Source: an uncultured Gammaproteobacteria bacterium (GTDB taxonomy: Bacteria; Patescibacteriota; Microgenomatia; PFEM01; JAPLYW01). From it: DNA of 64,000 nucleotides. This document shows positions 38,073 to 49,000 of this stretch, one piece after another. Numbering within the stretch: position 1 is the stretch's first letter; each line of letters begins with the position of its first letter. A model generated the notes under the pieces. It worked only from the letters and a program-made list of their open reading frames with translations, searched no databases and was not told the origin of the DNA. The stretch spans positions 239,701 through 303,700 of the forward strand of contig OZ246397.1 of the NCBI GenBank assembly GCA_965230945.1, in the 5' to 3' direction. Both the position numbers and the translations under genes were made by a program.

Positions 38073-38819
38073 TTAACGTTTCCCTCCTTTAATAATTAAT
38101 CTATCAGAATATTTTCTTTTCTTTCTCGTTTTTTTACCCAAAGTCTTCTTCCCCCAAGGTGACTTTGGAGAGGGCATACCAATTCCCGACTTCCCTTCAC
38201 CACCACCATGTGGGTGAGAAGCAGGATGCTGAGCCACTCCACGCACCGTCGGCCTAATTCCCATATGTCTTTTTCTGCCAGCCTTGCCAATGACTCTGTC
38301 CTTCCAGTCAATATTACCAAGTTGACCAATACTGGCAAAACATTCTAAACGGATCTTTCGTTGTTCACCAGAGGGCAATTTTAAAATGACATTTTTATCT
38401 TCCTTACTCATAACCAAAGCTCCCGTACCTGCACCCCTCACTATCTGGCCGCCTTTACCCGCTCTAATTTCAATATTATGGACCGTTGTTCCCAGGGGAA
38501 TCTTTTTCAAAGGCAAAGCGTTACCTATCTTAATCTCTGCCTTTTTACCAGACAAAAGTTCTTGGCCTATCTCTAACCCTTCGGGAGCTAAAATATAGCG
38601 CTTTTCGCCATCAGCGTAAAAAAGCAAAGCGATATCTGCTCCTCGATTAGGATCGTATTCTATAGAGGCCACTTTAGCGGGAATATTATGCTTGTCCCTT
38701 TTAAAATCAATCTCTCTTAAAAACCTTTTTTCTCTGCCGCCTTGATGACGAACTGTCACCTTTCCGACAGCATTTCTTCCTGATCTTTTTGGTAAAACCT
38801 TTAATAATTTTTTAGCCAT
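38073..38819 (-). CDS. rplB: 50S ribosomal protein L2
   Basis: ...[10 protein letters not shown]... signature. Confidence 0.95.
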   Translation of the reverse strand: MAKKLLKVLPKRSGRNAVGKVTVRHQGGREKRFLREIDFKRDKHNIPAKVASIEYDPNRGADIALLFYADGEKRYILAPEGLEIGQELLSGKKAEIKIGNALPLKKIPLGTTVHNIEIRAGKGGQIVRGAGTGALVMSKEDKNVILKLPSGEQRKIRLECFASIGQLGNIDWKDRVIGKAGRKRHMGIRPTVRGVAQHPASHPHGGGEGKSGIGMPSPKSPWGKKTLGKKTRKKRKYSDRLIIKGGKR

Positions 38820-38821
38820 TT

Positions 38822-39115
38822 TTAACCCTCGGTTGCAAATAAATCAATTTTATCGCCTTCTCTAAGCAAAATAATCGCCTTTTTCCAATCTGCTTTTTGA
38901 GTTTCCTTTCTTGTTCTTAAAGCTCTGTGTTTTTTACCGACGACTTTCATTGTCCTTACTTTTAAAACCTTTACCTTAAAAAATTTCTCCACCGCTTTTT
39001 TAATGTCTTCTTTATTAGCTTTTCTATCGACTTCGAAAACATATTTTTGCTCAGTCGTTAAAGCGGCTGCTTTTTCCGTTACCACTGGTCGTTTTAAAAC
39101 ATCACTTAACTTCAT
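38822..39115 (-). CDS. rplW: 50S ribosomal protein L23
   Basis: L23 family; position between rplD and rplB. Confidence 0.9.
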   Translation of the reverse strand: MKLSDVLKRPVVTEKAAALTTEQKYVFEVDRKANKEDIKKAVEKFFKVKVLKVRTMKVVGKKHRALRTRKETQKADWKKAIILLREGDKIDLFATEG

Positions 39116-39753
39116 TATTTTTTACCTAGAAAAACTTTTTCTAACTCCTTAATACTTTCTTGAGCAAATAAAAGCTGGCCTCCATTTAAAATCTCATAAG
39201 TAGTAAGTAAATCAGCCTGCATTAAGTTAACCCCTTTGATATTTCTTGAAGCTCTGATAACGCTTTCGAAACCTTCAGGCAAAATAAAAGAAACCTTCTT
39301 TTGCTCTAAATTAAGTTTCTTTAAAACTTCAGCCATTTTTTTAGTCTTCGGTTCTACTTTTTTTAAGTCTTTGATTAATATCATCTGATTTTCGTCAAGC
39401 TTCTTACTTAAAGCAGAAAACAAGGCTTTCTTTTTTAAAACCTTGCTCATTTTTAATTTAAAATTTTCAATCCCCTTTGGTCCATGAGTTACCCCTCCAC
39501 CGACAAAAATAGGAGCAGATTTTGCTCCATGCCTCGCTCGACCAGTCCCTTTCTGCCTAAACCATTTTGCCTTAGTTTTATTTACCTCTGACCTGCCTTT
39601 TACTTTCACCCCGGCCTTCCGTTGATTGCTTAAATAAACTCTAACTGCCTGAGCCATCAAAATCTCATTTATCGGCGCTCTAAAAATCTCGCTGGGTAAA
39701 CTAACTTTCCCCGACTTATTACCAGTAGTGGTGTAAAGATCAACTTTAAGCAT
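39115..39753 (-). CDS. rplD: 50S ribosomal protein L4
   Basis: L4 family (KGTGRARHG...). Confidence 0.95.
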   Translation of the reverse strand: MLKVDLYTTTGNKSGKVSLPSEIFRAPINEILMAQAVRVYLSNQRKAGVKVKGRSEVNKTKAKWFRQKGTGRARHGAKSAPIFVGGGVTHGPKGIENFKLKMSKVLKKKALFSALSKKLDENQMILIKDLKKVEPKTKKMAEVLKKLNLEQKKVSFILPEGFESVIRASRNIKGVNLMQADLLTTYEILNGGQLLFAQESIKELEKVFLGKK

Positions 39754-40342
39754 TTTTCTCCTTCTTTTCTTCTCCTTCGGTTCTTGCTTCTTGAGCTTCT
39801 TTGAGCTTTTCTTGAGCTTCCTTTTCTTTTCTTAATCGCTCTGTTTTTTCTTCTTCCGTCTCTTGAATTTCCCTTTGCCCTTGTTTCATTAGAGGAACAA
39901 ATTTTTTATCTTCCTTATACTTTTTAATAGTTAACTTGCCCTTTTTATAACCAGGAACCAAGCCTTTAACCAATAAAATTTTATTATCGTTATCAACATC
40001 CATAACCAACAACCCTAAAAGAGTAGTCTTTTGATTACCTAAATGTCCAGGCATTTTCTTACCTTTATGAACTCGTCCAGGAGTAGTTGTCTGCCCAATT
40101 GAACCCGGAGCACGAAGGCGATCTGATTGTCCATGAGTCTTAGGACCACCCTTAAAACCCCAACGCTTAACTACACCCGCAAAACCCTTGCCTTTTGACC
40201 AACCAGTAACTTTAATCAAGTCACCTGGCTTTAAGCTGGTTTCTTTTTCAAAACCAATACGAGTAACAGGAATTCTCTTCCCATCTTGGGTAAATTTTTG
40301 GACAGAATCGATTTTTATACCTAAAGTAAAATCTTTGTTCAT
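39746..40342 (-). CDS. rplC: 50S ribosomal protein L3 (with Glu/Lys-rich C-terminal tail)
   Basis: L3 family core (ITGWSKGKGFAG...) plus about 40 aa of acidic/basic tail. Confidence 0.9.
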   Translation of the reverse strand: MNKDFTLGIKIDSVQKFTQDGKRIPVTRIGFEKETSLKPGDLIKVTGWSKGKGFAGVVKRWGFKGGPKTHGQSDRLRAPGSIGQTTTPGRVHKGKKMPGHLGNQKTTLLGLLVMDVDNDNKILLVKGLVPGYKKGKLTIKKYKEDKKFVPLMKQGQREIQETEEEKTERLRKEKEAQEKLKEAQEARTEGEEKKEKNA

Positions 40343-40488
40343 TTTATTTTAACCACAAAAAAAGCGCCGGAGGCACTCTTAAGAAAATTGTACCTGGTTT
40401 ATCAAAAAGCTAACTCAAAAGAGTCTCACCTCCATTAGCGGTAATTATAAAATAAATAGGAGAAAATTGCAATACTAAAGGGGAAATC

Positions 40489-40797
40489 TTACATCTTAAC
40501 TTCGATATCAACCCCGGCCGGTAAATTAAGATGCATTAGGGAATCAATTGTCTTTTCCGTAGGTTCTATAATATCAATTAAGCGTTTATGGATAAGAATC
40601 TGAAAATGCTCCTGAGAGTCTTTGTCAGTATGGGGACTGGCGACAACAGAAATTAACTTCTTTCTGGTAGGTAAAGGTACGGGGCCAACAACCCTCGCAC
40701 CACTTGTTAAAGCAACTTCTAAGATTTTCTCGCAACTCTCATCGATGACTCGATGATCATACGATTTTAAATGTACTCTAATTCTACCCTTCGGCAT
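40489..40797 (-). CDS. rpsJ: 30S ribosomal protein S10
   Basis: [17 protein letters not shown]...LPTRK signature. Confidence 0.95.
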   Translation of the reverse strand: MPKGRIRVHLKSYDHRVIDESCEKILEVALTSGARVVGPVPLPTRKKLISVVASPHTDKDSQEHFQILIHKRLIDIIEPTEKTIDSLMHLNLPAGVDIEVKM

Positions 40798-40808
40798 TTT
40801 CCACTTTT

Positions 40809-41993
40809 TTATTTAATTACTTTTGAAATAACACCAGCTCCTACCGTATGCCCGCCTTCACGGACAGCAAAGCGAAGACCTTCTTCCAGCGCCACTGGTT
40901 GGATTAACTTGACCGTCGCCTTAGCATTATCACCAGGCATGACCATCTCTACCCCTGAAGGCAAGGTCACTTCTCCAGTCACATCAGTAGTGCGAATATA
41001 GAACTGGGGTCTATATCCAGAGAAGAAAGGGGTATGTCTACCTCCTTCTTCCTTGTTGAGGATATAAATCTCTGCCTCAAATTCGGTATGAGGAGTAACC
41101 GTACCTGGCTTGGCCAAAACCTGGCCACGTTCAACATCGTCTTTTTCAATCCCTCTTAAGAGAATACCGACGTTATCACCGGCTTGACCTTGGTCAAGAG
41201 TCTTTCTGAACATTTCAACCCCAGTGACTATCGTTTTTTTGGTATCTTTAAGACCAACTATTTCAATTTCGTCATTAACATTAACTATCCCCCTCTCTAT
41301 GCGGCCGGTAGCTACCGTTCCTCGACCCTTAATTGAGAAAACATCCTCAACCGGCATCAAGAAAGGTTTATCCAACAACCTTTTTGGAGCAGGCACAAAC
41401 TCATCAACGGCCTTCATAAGCTCTAAAATGGCCTTTTTGGAATCTTCATCGCCTTCTAGAGCCTTCAAGGCTGAACCACGGATAATAGGAGTTTTATCTC
41501 CTGGAAACTTATACTTATTTAAAAGTTCCCGAATTTCCATTTCTACCAGATCTAGAAGTTCTTTGTCCTTAACCATATCAACCTTGTTTAAGAAAACAAC
41601 GATGGCTGGTACGTTTACTTGACGAGCCAATAAAAGATGCTCTCTTGTCTGAGGCATAGGACCATCATTGGCAGCAACCACCAAAATAGCCCCATCCATT
41701 TGAGCAGCTCCGGTGATCATATTTTTGATATAGTCCTTATGACCCGGACAGTCAATATGAGCATAATGACGATTAGGTGTTTCGTATTCAATATGAGCAA
41801 TATTGATGGTAACTCCTCTTTCTTTTTCTTCAGGAGCACCATCAATCTTTTCAAAAGGAACAAAATCTGCACCTCCGCCTTCTTCAGATAAAACCTTAGT
41901 AATAGCGGAAGTTAGAGTTGTCTTTCCGTGGTCAACATGACCAATAGTACCAATATTAAGATGGGGTTTTTTTCTTTCAAATTTAGCTACCAT
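40809..41993 (-). CDS. tuf: Elongation factor Tu
   Basis: [11 protein letters not shown] and DCPGH motifs; 394 aa. Confidence 0.97.
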   Translation of the reverse strand: MVAKFERKKPHLNIGTIGHVDHGKTTLTSAITKVLSEEGGGADFVPFEKIDGAPEEKERGVTINIAHIEYETPNRHYAHIDCPGHKDYIKNMITGAAQMDGAILVVAANDGPMPQTREHLLLARQVNVPAIVVFLNKVDMVKDKELLDLVEMEIRELLNKYKFPGDKTPIIRGSALKALEGDEDSKKAILELMKAVDEFVPAPKRLLDKPFLMPVEDVFSIKGRGTVATGRIERGIVNVNDEIEIVGLKDTKKTIVTGVEMFRKTLDQGQAGDNVGILLRGIEKDDVERGQVLAKPGTVTPHTEFEAEIYILNKEEGGRHTPFFSGYRPQFYIRTTDVTGEVTLPSGVEMVMPGDNAKATVKLIQPVALEEGLRFAVREGGHTVGAGVISKVIK

Positions 41994-42058
41994 TTTTTTC
42001 CTCCTAAAAAGATAAAATAATAAGTAATTATAAAACAGATTGCTACTATTTTACAAGA

Positions 42059-44182
42059 TTATACTTCTTTTTTCAAGCTCGTCTTTTGTTCAATAATTTT
42101 TTCCGTAATACTAGCGGGGATTTCTTCATAATGGCTTGGTTCTAAATAGAATGTGGCCCGACCCTGAGTCAAGCTTCTTAAGGTCGTTGCATAGCCAGAA
42201 ACTTCAGCCAAAGGAACAGTGCCTTTGATAATCTTAACCTTATCTCTATCTTGAGTCTCTAAAATCTGAGCTCTCTTACTAGATAAATCACCAATAACAT
42301 CGCCTAAAAATTCCTCTGGGGTAGTTACTTCTAGCTTCATAATCGGTTCAATTAAAAGTAGTTCCGCCTTTTTAACCGCTTCTTGCAAAGCCATAGAACC
42401 AGCAATCTTAAAGGCAATCTCAGATGAATCAACATCATGGAAAGTACCATCATAGACCGCTACGGACATATCGACCAATGGATAACCAGCCAAAACACCC
42501 TTACTCATGGCTTCTTTTACTCCTTTTTCAATGGCGGGAATAAACTCTGAAGGAATGGACGCACCTTTAATCTCATTAATAAATTTAAAACCTTCTCCCT
42601 GCGGTAAAGGTTCGACCCTAAGGTAACAATGACCGTATTGTCCACGACCTCCAGATTGACGAATATATTTCCCTTCCGCTTTAGCCATCTTTTTAATGGT
42701 TTCTTTATAAGCAACTTGAGGCTGGCCAGTATTAGTCGAAACATTAAACTCTCTTTTCAACCGATCCACCAAAATCTCCAGGTGAAGCTCACCCATACCG
42801 GCAATGGTTGTCTGCCCGGTCTGAGAATTAAATCTAATTTTAAAAGTCGGATCCTCTTCAGATAAAGCTTTTAAAGAATAACTTAATTTTTCTTGGTCGG
42901 TTCGTGTTTTAGGTTCAATAGCTAAGGAAATAACTGGATCTGGGAAAGAAATTGATTCTAAAATAATAGGTTTTTCCTTTATGCATAAAGTATCACCGGT
43001 AGTCGTTTCTTTAAGACCAACGGCAGCCACAATTTCTCCTGCCTCTGCTTGCTGAATAGATTCTTTTTGATCAGCATGCATCAATAAAAGTCGAGAAACC
43101 CTCTCTTTTTTCCGCTGAACAGCATTGTAGACCACATCCCCAACCTTTAAAGCTCCTGAATAGATTCTAATATAATTTAATCTTCCCACATGGGGATCGG
43201 TCTGAACCTTAAAAGCTAATGCCGCCAAACTACTCTGAGGATCAGTTTTTCTTTCTTCTTCCTGATCAGTCTGTGGATTTTTACCTTTAATTGGGGGTAA
43301 ATCCAGCGGGCTCGGTAAAAAATCAACCACACCATCTAAAAGTGGCTGCACTCCCTTGTTTCTTAAAGAAGAACCAGCGTAAACGGGAACAAGTTTATTG
43401 GCAATGGTAGCTTTCCTTAAACCAGCCTTTAGCTCTTTTAAAGAAACTTCTTCCTCGTTTAAAAATTTATCAATTAGTTCTTCATCAATTTCGGCAACCT
43501 GCTCAATAATTTTTTCTCGATACTCCTTGAATTTGTCTTGTAAATCAGCTGGGATTTCTTTTTCTTCAAATTTTTCTCCTTTGGGCTCCTTTTTTTCATC
43601 CCAAATAAAAGCTTTCTGCCTTAAAATATCGATGACACCGATAAAATCTTTCTCAACTCCAATAGGATATGTAACCACGGCTACCTTAGCTCCCAATCTA
43701 TCCTCAATCATCTTTAAAGTATTTTCAAAATCAGCTCCCATTTTATCCATTTTATTAATAAAGGCCAAACGAGGCACCTTATACTTATCAGCCTGACGCC
43801 AAACTGTTTCTGATTGTGATTGCACTCCTTCTTCGGCATCAAAAACAATAATGCCGCCATCTAAAACACGCAAGGCCCGCTCTACCTCAGCGGTAAAATC
43901 CACATGTCCCGGAGTATCAATGATATTAATACGATGATCACGCCAAAAAGTAGTTGTTGCTGCCGAAACAATAGTAATGCCTCTTTCTCTTTCCTGAGCC
44001 ATCCAATCCATCTGAGTTGTTCCTTCATCAATATCACCAATCTTGTAACTTTTACCGGTGTAATATAAAATCCGTTCGGTAGTCGTTGTTTTGCCAGCGT
44101 CGATATGAGCAATAATCCCAATATTGCGAACTCTTTCAATTGGGACAACTAACTTTTGGTCTTTCTTTTCTCTATCTGCCAT
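42059..44182 (-). CDS. fusA: Elongation factor G
   Basis: AHIDAGKTTTTE and DTPGHVDF motifs; 707 aa. Confidence 0.97.
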   Translation of the reverse strand: MADREKKDQKLVVPIERVRNIGIIAHIDAGKTTTTERILYYTGKSYKIGDIDEGTTQMDWMAQERERGITIVSAATTTFWRDHRINIIDTPGHVDFTAEVERALRVLDGGIIVFDAEEGVQSQSETVWRQADKYKVPRLAFINKMDKMGADFENTLKMIEDRLGAKVAVVTYPIGVEKDFIGVIDILRQKAFIWDEKKEPKGEKFEEKEIPADLQDKFKEYREKIIEQVAEIDEELIDKFLNEEEVSLKELKAGLRKATIANKLVPVYAGSSLRNKGVQPLLDGVVDFLPSPLDLPPIKGKNPQTDQEEERKTDPQSSLAALAFKVQTDPHVGRLNYIRIYSGALKVGDVVYNAVQRKKERVSRLLLMHADQKESIQQAEAGEIVAAVGLKETTTGDTLCIKEKPIILESISFPDPVISLAIEPKTRTDQEKLSYSLKALSEEDPTFKIRFNSQTGQTTIAGMGELHLEILVDRLKREFNVSTNTGQPQVAYKETIKKMAKAEGKYIRQSGGRGQYGHCYLRVEPLPQGEGFKFINEIKGASIPSEFIPAIEKGVKEAMSKGVLAGYPLVDMSVAVYDGTFHDVDSSEIAFKIAGSMALQEAVKKAELLLIEPIMKLEVTTPEEFLGDVIGDLSSKRAQILETQDRDKVKIIKGTVPLAEVSGYATTLRSLTQGRATFYLEPSHYEEIPASITEKIIEQKTSLKKEV

Positions 44183-44281
44183 AATTAAATTTTATCACTT
44201 TTAAGCATAAAAAACTGCTCCTTAAAAGAAGCAGCTGCTTCAATGCCGTTATTTTAACAAAAATCTAGGTTCTAATCAAGA

Positions 44282-44290
44282 TGCTATAAT
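44282..44290 (+). promoter_or_regulatory. Extended -10 promoter TGcTATAAT for the M23 peptidase gene, about 14 nt before its ATG
   Basis: gaTGcTATAAT at 44281-44290; ATG at 44305; no SD. Confidence 0.45.
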
Positions 44291-44304
44291 TAAAAATAGA
44301 AAAA

Positions 44305-45036
44305 ATGACAGAAAAAGAAAGAAGGCTTAAAGAATATATTAAAAAACTAAAAAGGATCGACCCCGCCCCTTATTTAAAACTGCCCTTAAAGAAATCCTCA
44401 ATAACTATCACCGAAGGATGGTTTTACTCAGAAGAAGAAATAAAAATCCATGGTTTTAAGATTCATACCGGCATTGATTTTAAAGCCAAAAGAAATGAAC
44501 CTGTTTACGCCAGTGCTGAGGGCTGGGCGATCAGTTCCTATCATAGCTTCCGAGTGAAGAATAAGGATGGCTCTTTGAGAAAATATAAAAATAAAACTCT
44601 CAACAATGGCATGGGGTTTTTCGTCCAAATCTACCATCCAAAAAACAAGCAATATACCCAATATGGCCATTTAAATAAAATAAGCAATAAGATTTCTTTT
44701 GGCACACCGAGAAAAATAAAAGGAAACTATTACCCATATGGCCATAAAGTCAAACCTAAAAAAATGAAAGATTCCAAATACTTTACTTGGGTTAAAAAAG
44801 GAGAATTAATTGGCTATGTTGGTGATAGCGGTTTAACTTGGGGCTATAAAGATTATCCTAAAAGACCAGATGTTAAAAAGTATCCTTCATGGGACGAAGT
44901 CCATCTTCATTTCCAAGAATTCACCAGAGATAAACAAGGAAATAAAATAGAGCCGAGAGATCCTTTTAATATCTACAATACCTATCAGAAATACCCTCAA
45001 ACGAAAAAGGAATTTAGAAAAACTCTTTGGAAATAA
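44305..45036 (+). CDS. M23-family metallopeptidase (peptidoglycan endopeptidase-like), antisense insertion in the str operon
   Basis: HTGIDF...D, then GYVGDSG, then HLHF motif (HxxxD...HxH of M23/LytM). Confidence 0.75.
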   Translation: MTEKERRLKEYIKKLKRIDPAPYLKLPLKKSSITITEGWFYSEEEIKIHGFKIHTGIDFKAKRNEPVYASAEGWAISSYHSFRVKNKDGSLRKYKNKTLNNGMGFFVQIYHPKNKQYTQYGHLNKISNKISFGTPRKIKGNYYPYGHKVKPKKMKDSKYFTWVKKGELIGYVGDSGLTWGYKDYPKRPDVKKYPSWDEVHLHFQEFTRDKQGNKIEPRDPFNIYNTYQKYPQTKKEFRKTLWK

Positions 45037-45041
45037 AAAGT

Positions 45042-45533
45042 CTACCATCTAAAATGACTGAATGCCTTGTTGGCCTCAGCCATTCTATGAGTATCTTCTT
45101 TTTTCTTAACGGCGTTACCAGTATTGTTGTAGGCATCTTTTATCTCTGCAGCTAACTTTTGCCAAAATTGATGATAGTCTTTGCTTGATCTTCTTTGAGC
45201 CGCTTTAATCAGCCAACGCAAGGCTAAAGACTCTCGTCTGTCACTTCCAACTGGCATGGGGACCTGATAAGAAGCACCACCAATTCTTCGCGGTTTAACC
45301 TCCATGGTAGGCTTAATATTATCTATTGCTCTGTTTAAAATCTCTAGCGGATCTTTCTTATCTTTAGATTTCTCTTTTTCTACCAGAGCCTCTAGAGCTT
45401 CATAAACGTGTTTTTGAGCCACCGTTTTTTTACCGCTTCTCATTGTCTTATTGATTAAGCGACTGACTAAAGGGCTTTGATAGATGGGATCTAGGGCTGT
45501 TGTTCTTTTTTTAACTCTTCCTGCTCTTGGCAT
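45042..45533 (-). CDS. rpsG: 30S ribosomal protein S7
   Basis: S7 family, 163 aa. Confidence 0.95.
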   Translation of the reverse strand: MPRAGRVKKRTTALDPIYQSPLVSRLINKTMRSGKKTVAQKHVYEALEALVEKEKSKDKKDPLEILNRAIDNIKPTMEVKPRRIGGASYQVPMPVGSDRRESLALRWLIKAAQRRSSKDYHQFWQKLAAEIKDAYNNTGNAVKKKEDTHRMAEANKAFSHFRW

Positions 45534-45538
45534 ATCTT

Positions 45539-46012
45539 TTAAGTAGTTTCTGCTGCGGCTGGTTTCTCAGCTGTCTCAACTATTGGCCTAGCCGGAACTG
45601 CTCCCCCTTCCTTACGACTCCCGTACTTTGATCTGGCTTTTTTACGACCTTCGACACCAGTTAAATCAAGCTTACCACGAATAACATGATATTTTACTCC
45701 AGGAAGATCTTTAACCCGACCACCCCTTATTAAAACCATACCGTGTTCCGTTAATTCATGGCCTTCTCCTGGAATATAAACAGTAACCTCCTGTTTATTA
45801 GAAAGTCTCACCCTAGCCACTTTTCTTAAAGCAGAGTTAGGTTTTTTAGGAACCATTGTTTTAACTAATAAAATTACGCCGCGTTTTTGGGGGTTAACTG
45901 TCTGAGAAATACGCCTCGTACGAGCATTAAAACTCTTCCTTAAAGCTGTCCCTTTGACTTTTTTAACAGTCTTTTTTCTTCCTTTTCTAACCAGTTGAGA
46001 TATTGTTGGCAT
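45539..46012 (-). CDS. rpsL: 30S ribosomal protein S12 with ~25-aa Ala/Pro/Glu/Thr-rich C-terminal extension
   Basis: [14 protein letters not shown]...ARSKYGS core, then [20 protein letters not shown]. Confidence 0.95.
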   Translation of the reverse strand: MPTISQLVRKGRKKTVKKVKGTALRKSFNARTRRISQTVNPQKRGVILLVKTMVPKKPNSALRKVARVRLSNKQEVTVYIPGEGHELTEHGMVLIRGGRVKDLPGVKYHVIRGKLDLTGVEGRKKARSKYGSRKEGGAVPARPIVETAEKPAAAETT

Positions 46013-46044
46013 GGGGTAAATTCTATCAAATTTTAAGCTCTACT

Positions 46045-49000
46045 TCAATCTTTAAGTCTTTCTGGAGTTACGGGAATCAATCTACCGATAATTACATTTT
46101 CTTTAAGCCCCATCAACTTATCTTCTTTGCCTTCCAAAGAAGCGGATGTCAAGACATTAGTAGTTTCTTGGAAAGAAGCTGCTGACAACCAAGAATCAGT
46201 ATATAAAGAAACTTTGGTTAAGCCTAAAATAACTATCTTGGCCGTTGCTGGTTCACCACCCTCAGCTAACACCCTAGCATTTTCTTCCTCAAACCTCACC
46301 TTACTAACAAACTCTCCTGCTAAAAGAGTCGTGTCACCCGTACTCTCCACCTTTACCTTATCACTCATTCTTCTAACTATCACCTCAAAATGCTTATCAT
46401 GAATGGGGATTCCTTGAGATCCATAAACTTCTTGCAGTTCGTCAATAAGATATTCTTGAGCTGCTTGAACTCCCTTAACCTGCAAAACATCTTTAATATC
46501 CAATGCTCCGAAAGAAATTCTATCACCAGCAGCAATTAATTGACCATCTTTAACGTTTAGTTTACTAACAGCAGGAATTAGGTATTCCCTTTCCTCAATG
46601 GGCTTAACACCAACACTTTTAATTTTTACCTTATGGCCATCATCAGTTTCAACGACACTAACCTTTCCGGAAATTTCTGCCAAAGGAGAAACTACTTTTG
46701 GCAAACGAGCTTCAAAAATCTCTTCCACTCTAGGCAAGCCTTGAGTCACATCAGAAACAACAATACCCCCAAAATGCTTCGTCTTCAAAGTCAGCTGAGT
46801 ACCTGGTTCACCAATTGACTGGGCTGCCAGAACTCCCACTGGGGTACCTACTTCAGCCTTAGCTTTATTAGACTGATCCCAACCATAACATTGAACACAA
46901 AGACCATAGCGAGATTCACAGGTCAAAGGAGAACGAACTTTTACTTCTAAGATATGATGTCTTTCCAAAATACCCGCGTTTTGATCGGTAATTAACTCAC
47001 CCCGCTTGAGTAAAACTTTTTTCGTCTTAGAATCAACCACTGATTCTGCCAAAACCTTTCCCTTAACTCTATCAAAGAACTTATCAGCTCTTCTGACATC
47101 CTTCTGACGACTGATAACAATACCGTTTTTGGTCTTACAATCTTCCTCCCTTAAAAGAATGTCATGGACAGCATCAACCAAGCGACGTGTTAAATAACCA
47201 GCATCTGCCGTCTTCAAAGCCGTATCTGTTAATCCTTTTCGAGAACCCCTAGCTGAAGTTACGTACTCAAAAACAGACAGTCCTTCTCTGAAATTAGATT
47301 TAATAGGCAACTCTACAATTTTCCCTAAAGGATCAACAACTAATCCTTGCATAGCAGAAAGTTGTTTTATCTGATCCCTAGAAGTTCTGCCTAAACCAGC
47401 ATCAATAATTAAACGAATACTATTACCAGGTTCAAATTCTTTCCAAGTCAAGTCAGTAACCTCTTCTGCTGTATCTAACCAAATTTCTTTAACTAAACGG
47501 CGTTTTTCTTCTTGAGTAATAAGACCCTCCAGGAAATTCTTTTCTAATTGATTAGCCTTTTCATTAGATTCTTTAATGATATTATCTTTACTTGGATAAA
47601 CAACACAGTCAAAAATTCCCGCTGAAATTCCTGATTGAGTGGAATACTTAAAGCCAATATCTTTGAGATCATCAATCAATTTAACAATTCGCTGTTCATC
47701 ACAAATCTGAATAGCTCTCGTTACCAAAGCCTGAACTGTTCTTTGGCGAACGTCATCATTAACAAAGGGAATTTCCTTTGGCAAAATCTCATTAAATAAA
47801 ACACGACCAACAGTTGTTTCTATGATTTTACCTTCAATTCTTGCTTTAATTAACTGACGTAATCTCATTTTATTTTCTTGATAGGCCAAAATCGCCTCTT
47901 TAGAATTGGCAAAAATCGTTTGGTATGATTCCTGCTTGCTATCTATGGAAGTCAAAAAGTAACAGCCTAAAGCCATTTCCTTATCAGGAATGGCAATAGG
48001 GGAACCATCGGCTGGTTTAAGCAGATTATGATCAGCTCTTAAATATTTAGCCGCTTCTTCTTGAGACTTCCTACCTAAAGGAACATGAACAGCCATCTGA
48101 TCACCATCGAAGTCAGCGTTAAAGCCTTTACAAACACAAGGATGAAGTTTGATGGAGTTACCTTCCACTAAAAGCGGATAAAAAGCCTGAATACCCAACT
48201 TATGTAAAGTTGGAGCACGATTGAGTAAAACCAAATGATCTTTAGTAATTTTTTCTAGAATATCGTAGACCTCAGGTGGACGATGCTCCAAAATATATTT
48301 AGCGCTTTTAACATTAGGAGCAACCCCAGTTAAAATTAATTCCCTTAAAACAAAAGGTTTAAACATCTCTAAAGCCATTTCCTTGGGAAGACCACATTGA
48401 GTAATCTTTAATTCCGGACCAACAACAATTACTGAACGGCCAGAATAGTCAACCCGCTTTCCTAAAAGATTCTGACGAAAACGGCCTTGCTTACCTCTTA
48501 AAATATCAGATAAACAGCGGAATGGTTGGGCCCGACGACGCAAGTGCTTAACTGGGCTCTTAGAAACATCAATTAAGCTGTCAACTGCCTCCTGCAACAT
48601 TCTTTTTTCGTTACGGAGAATAATTTCTGGAGCGCCTAAATCAATCAAGTGTTTCAAACGATTATTACGATTAATGACCCGGCGATAGAGATCGTTTAGG
48701 TCGCTGGTGGCAAATCTGCCGCCAGAAAGCTGAACCATAGGTCGCAAATCAGGTGGAATTACCGGCAAAATTCGCAAAACTGCCCAGGAAGGATCAACCT
48801 CCGCCCTAATCATTTCCTCAATCAAAGATAGTCTCTTAGTAGCTTTGATATGACGAGCACCAACACTTTCCTTAACCTCTTTACGAAGTTCAACTAGCAA
48901 TTTCTTAAGATCTAAACTTTTAATCGCTTCCAAAACCACTCCCGCTCCCATGCCAAACTTTAAAAAGGAAGCCACCTTATAAGAAACCAACTTAAAATAT

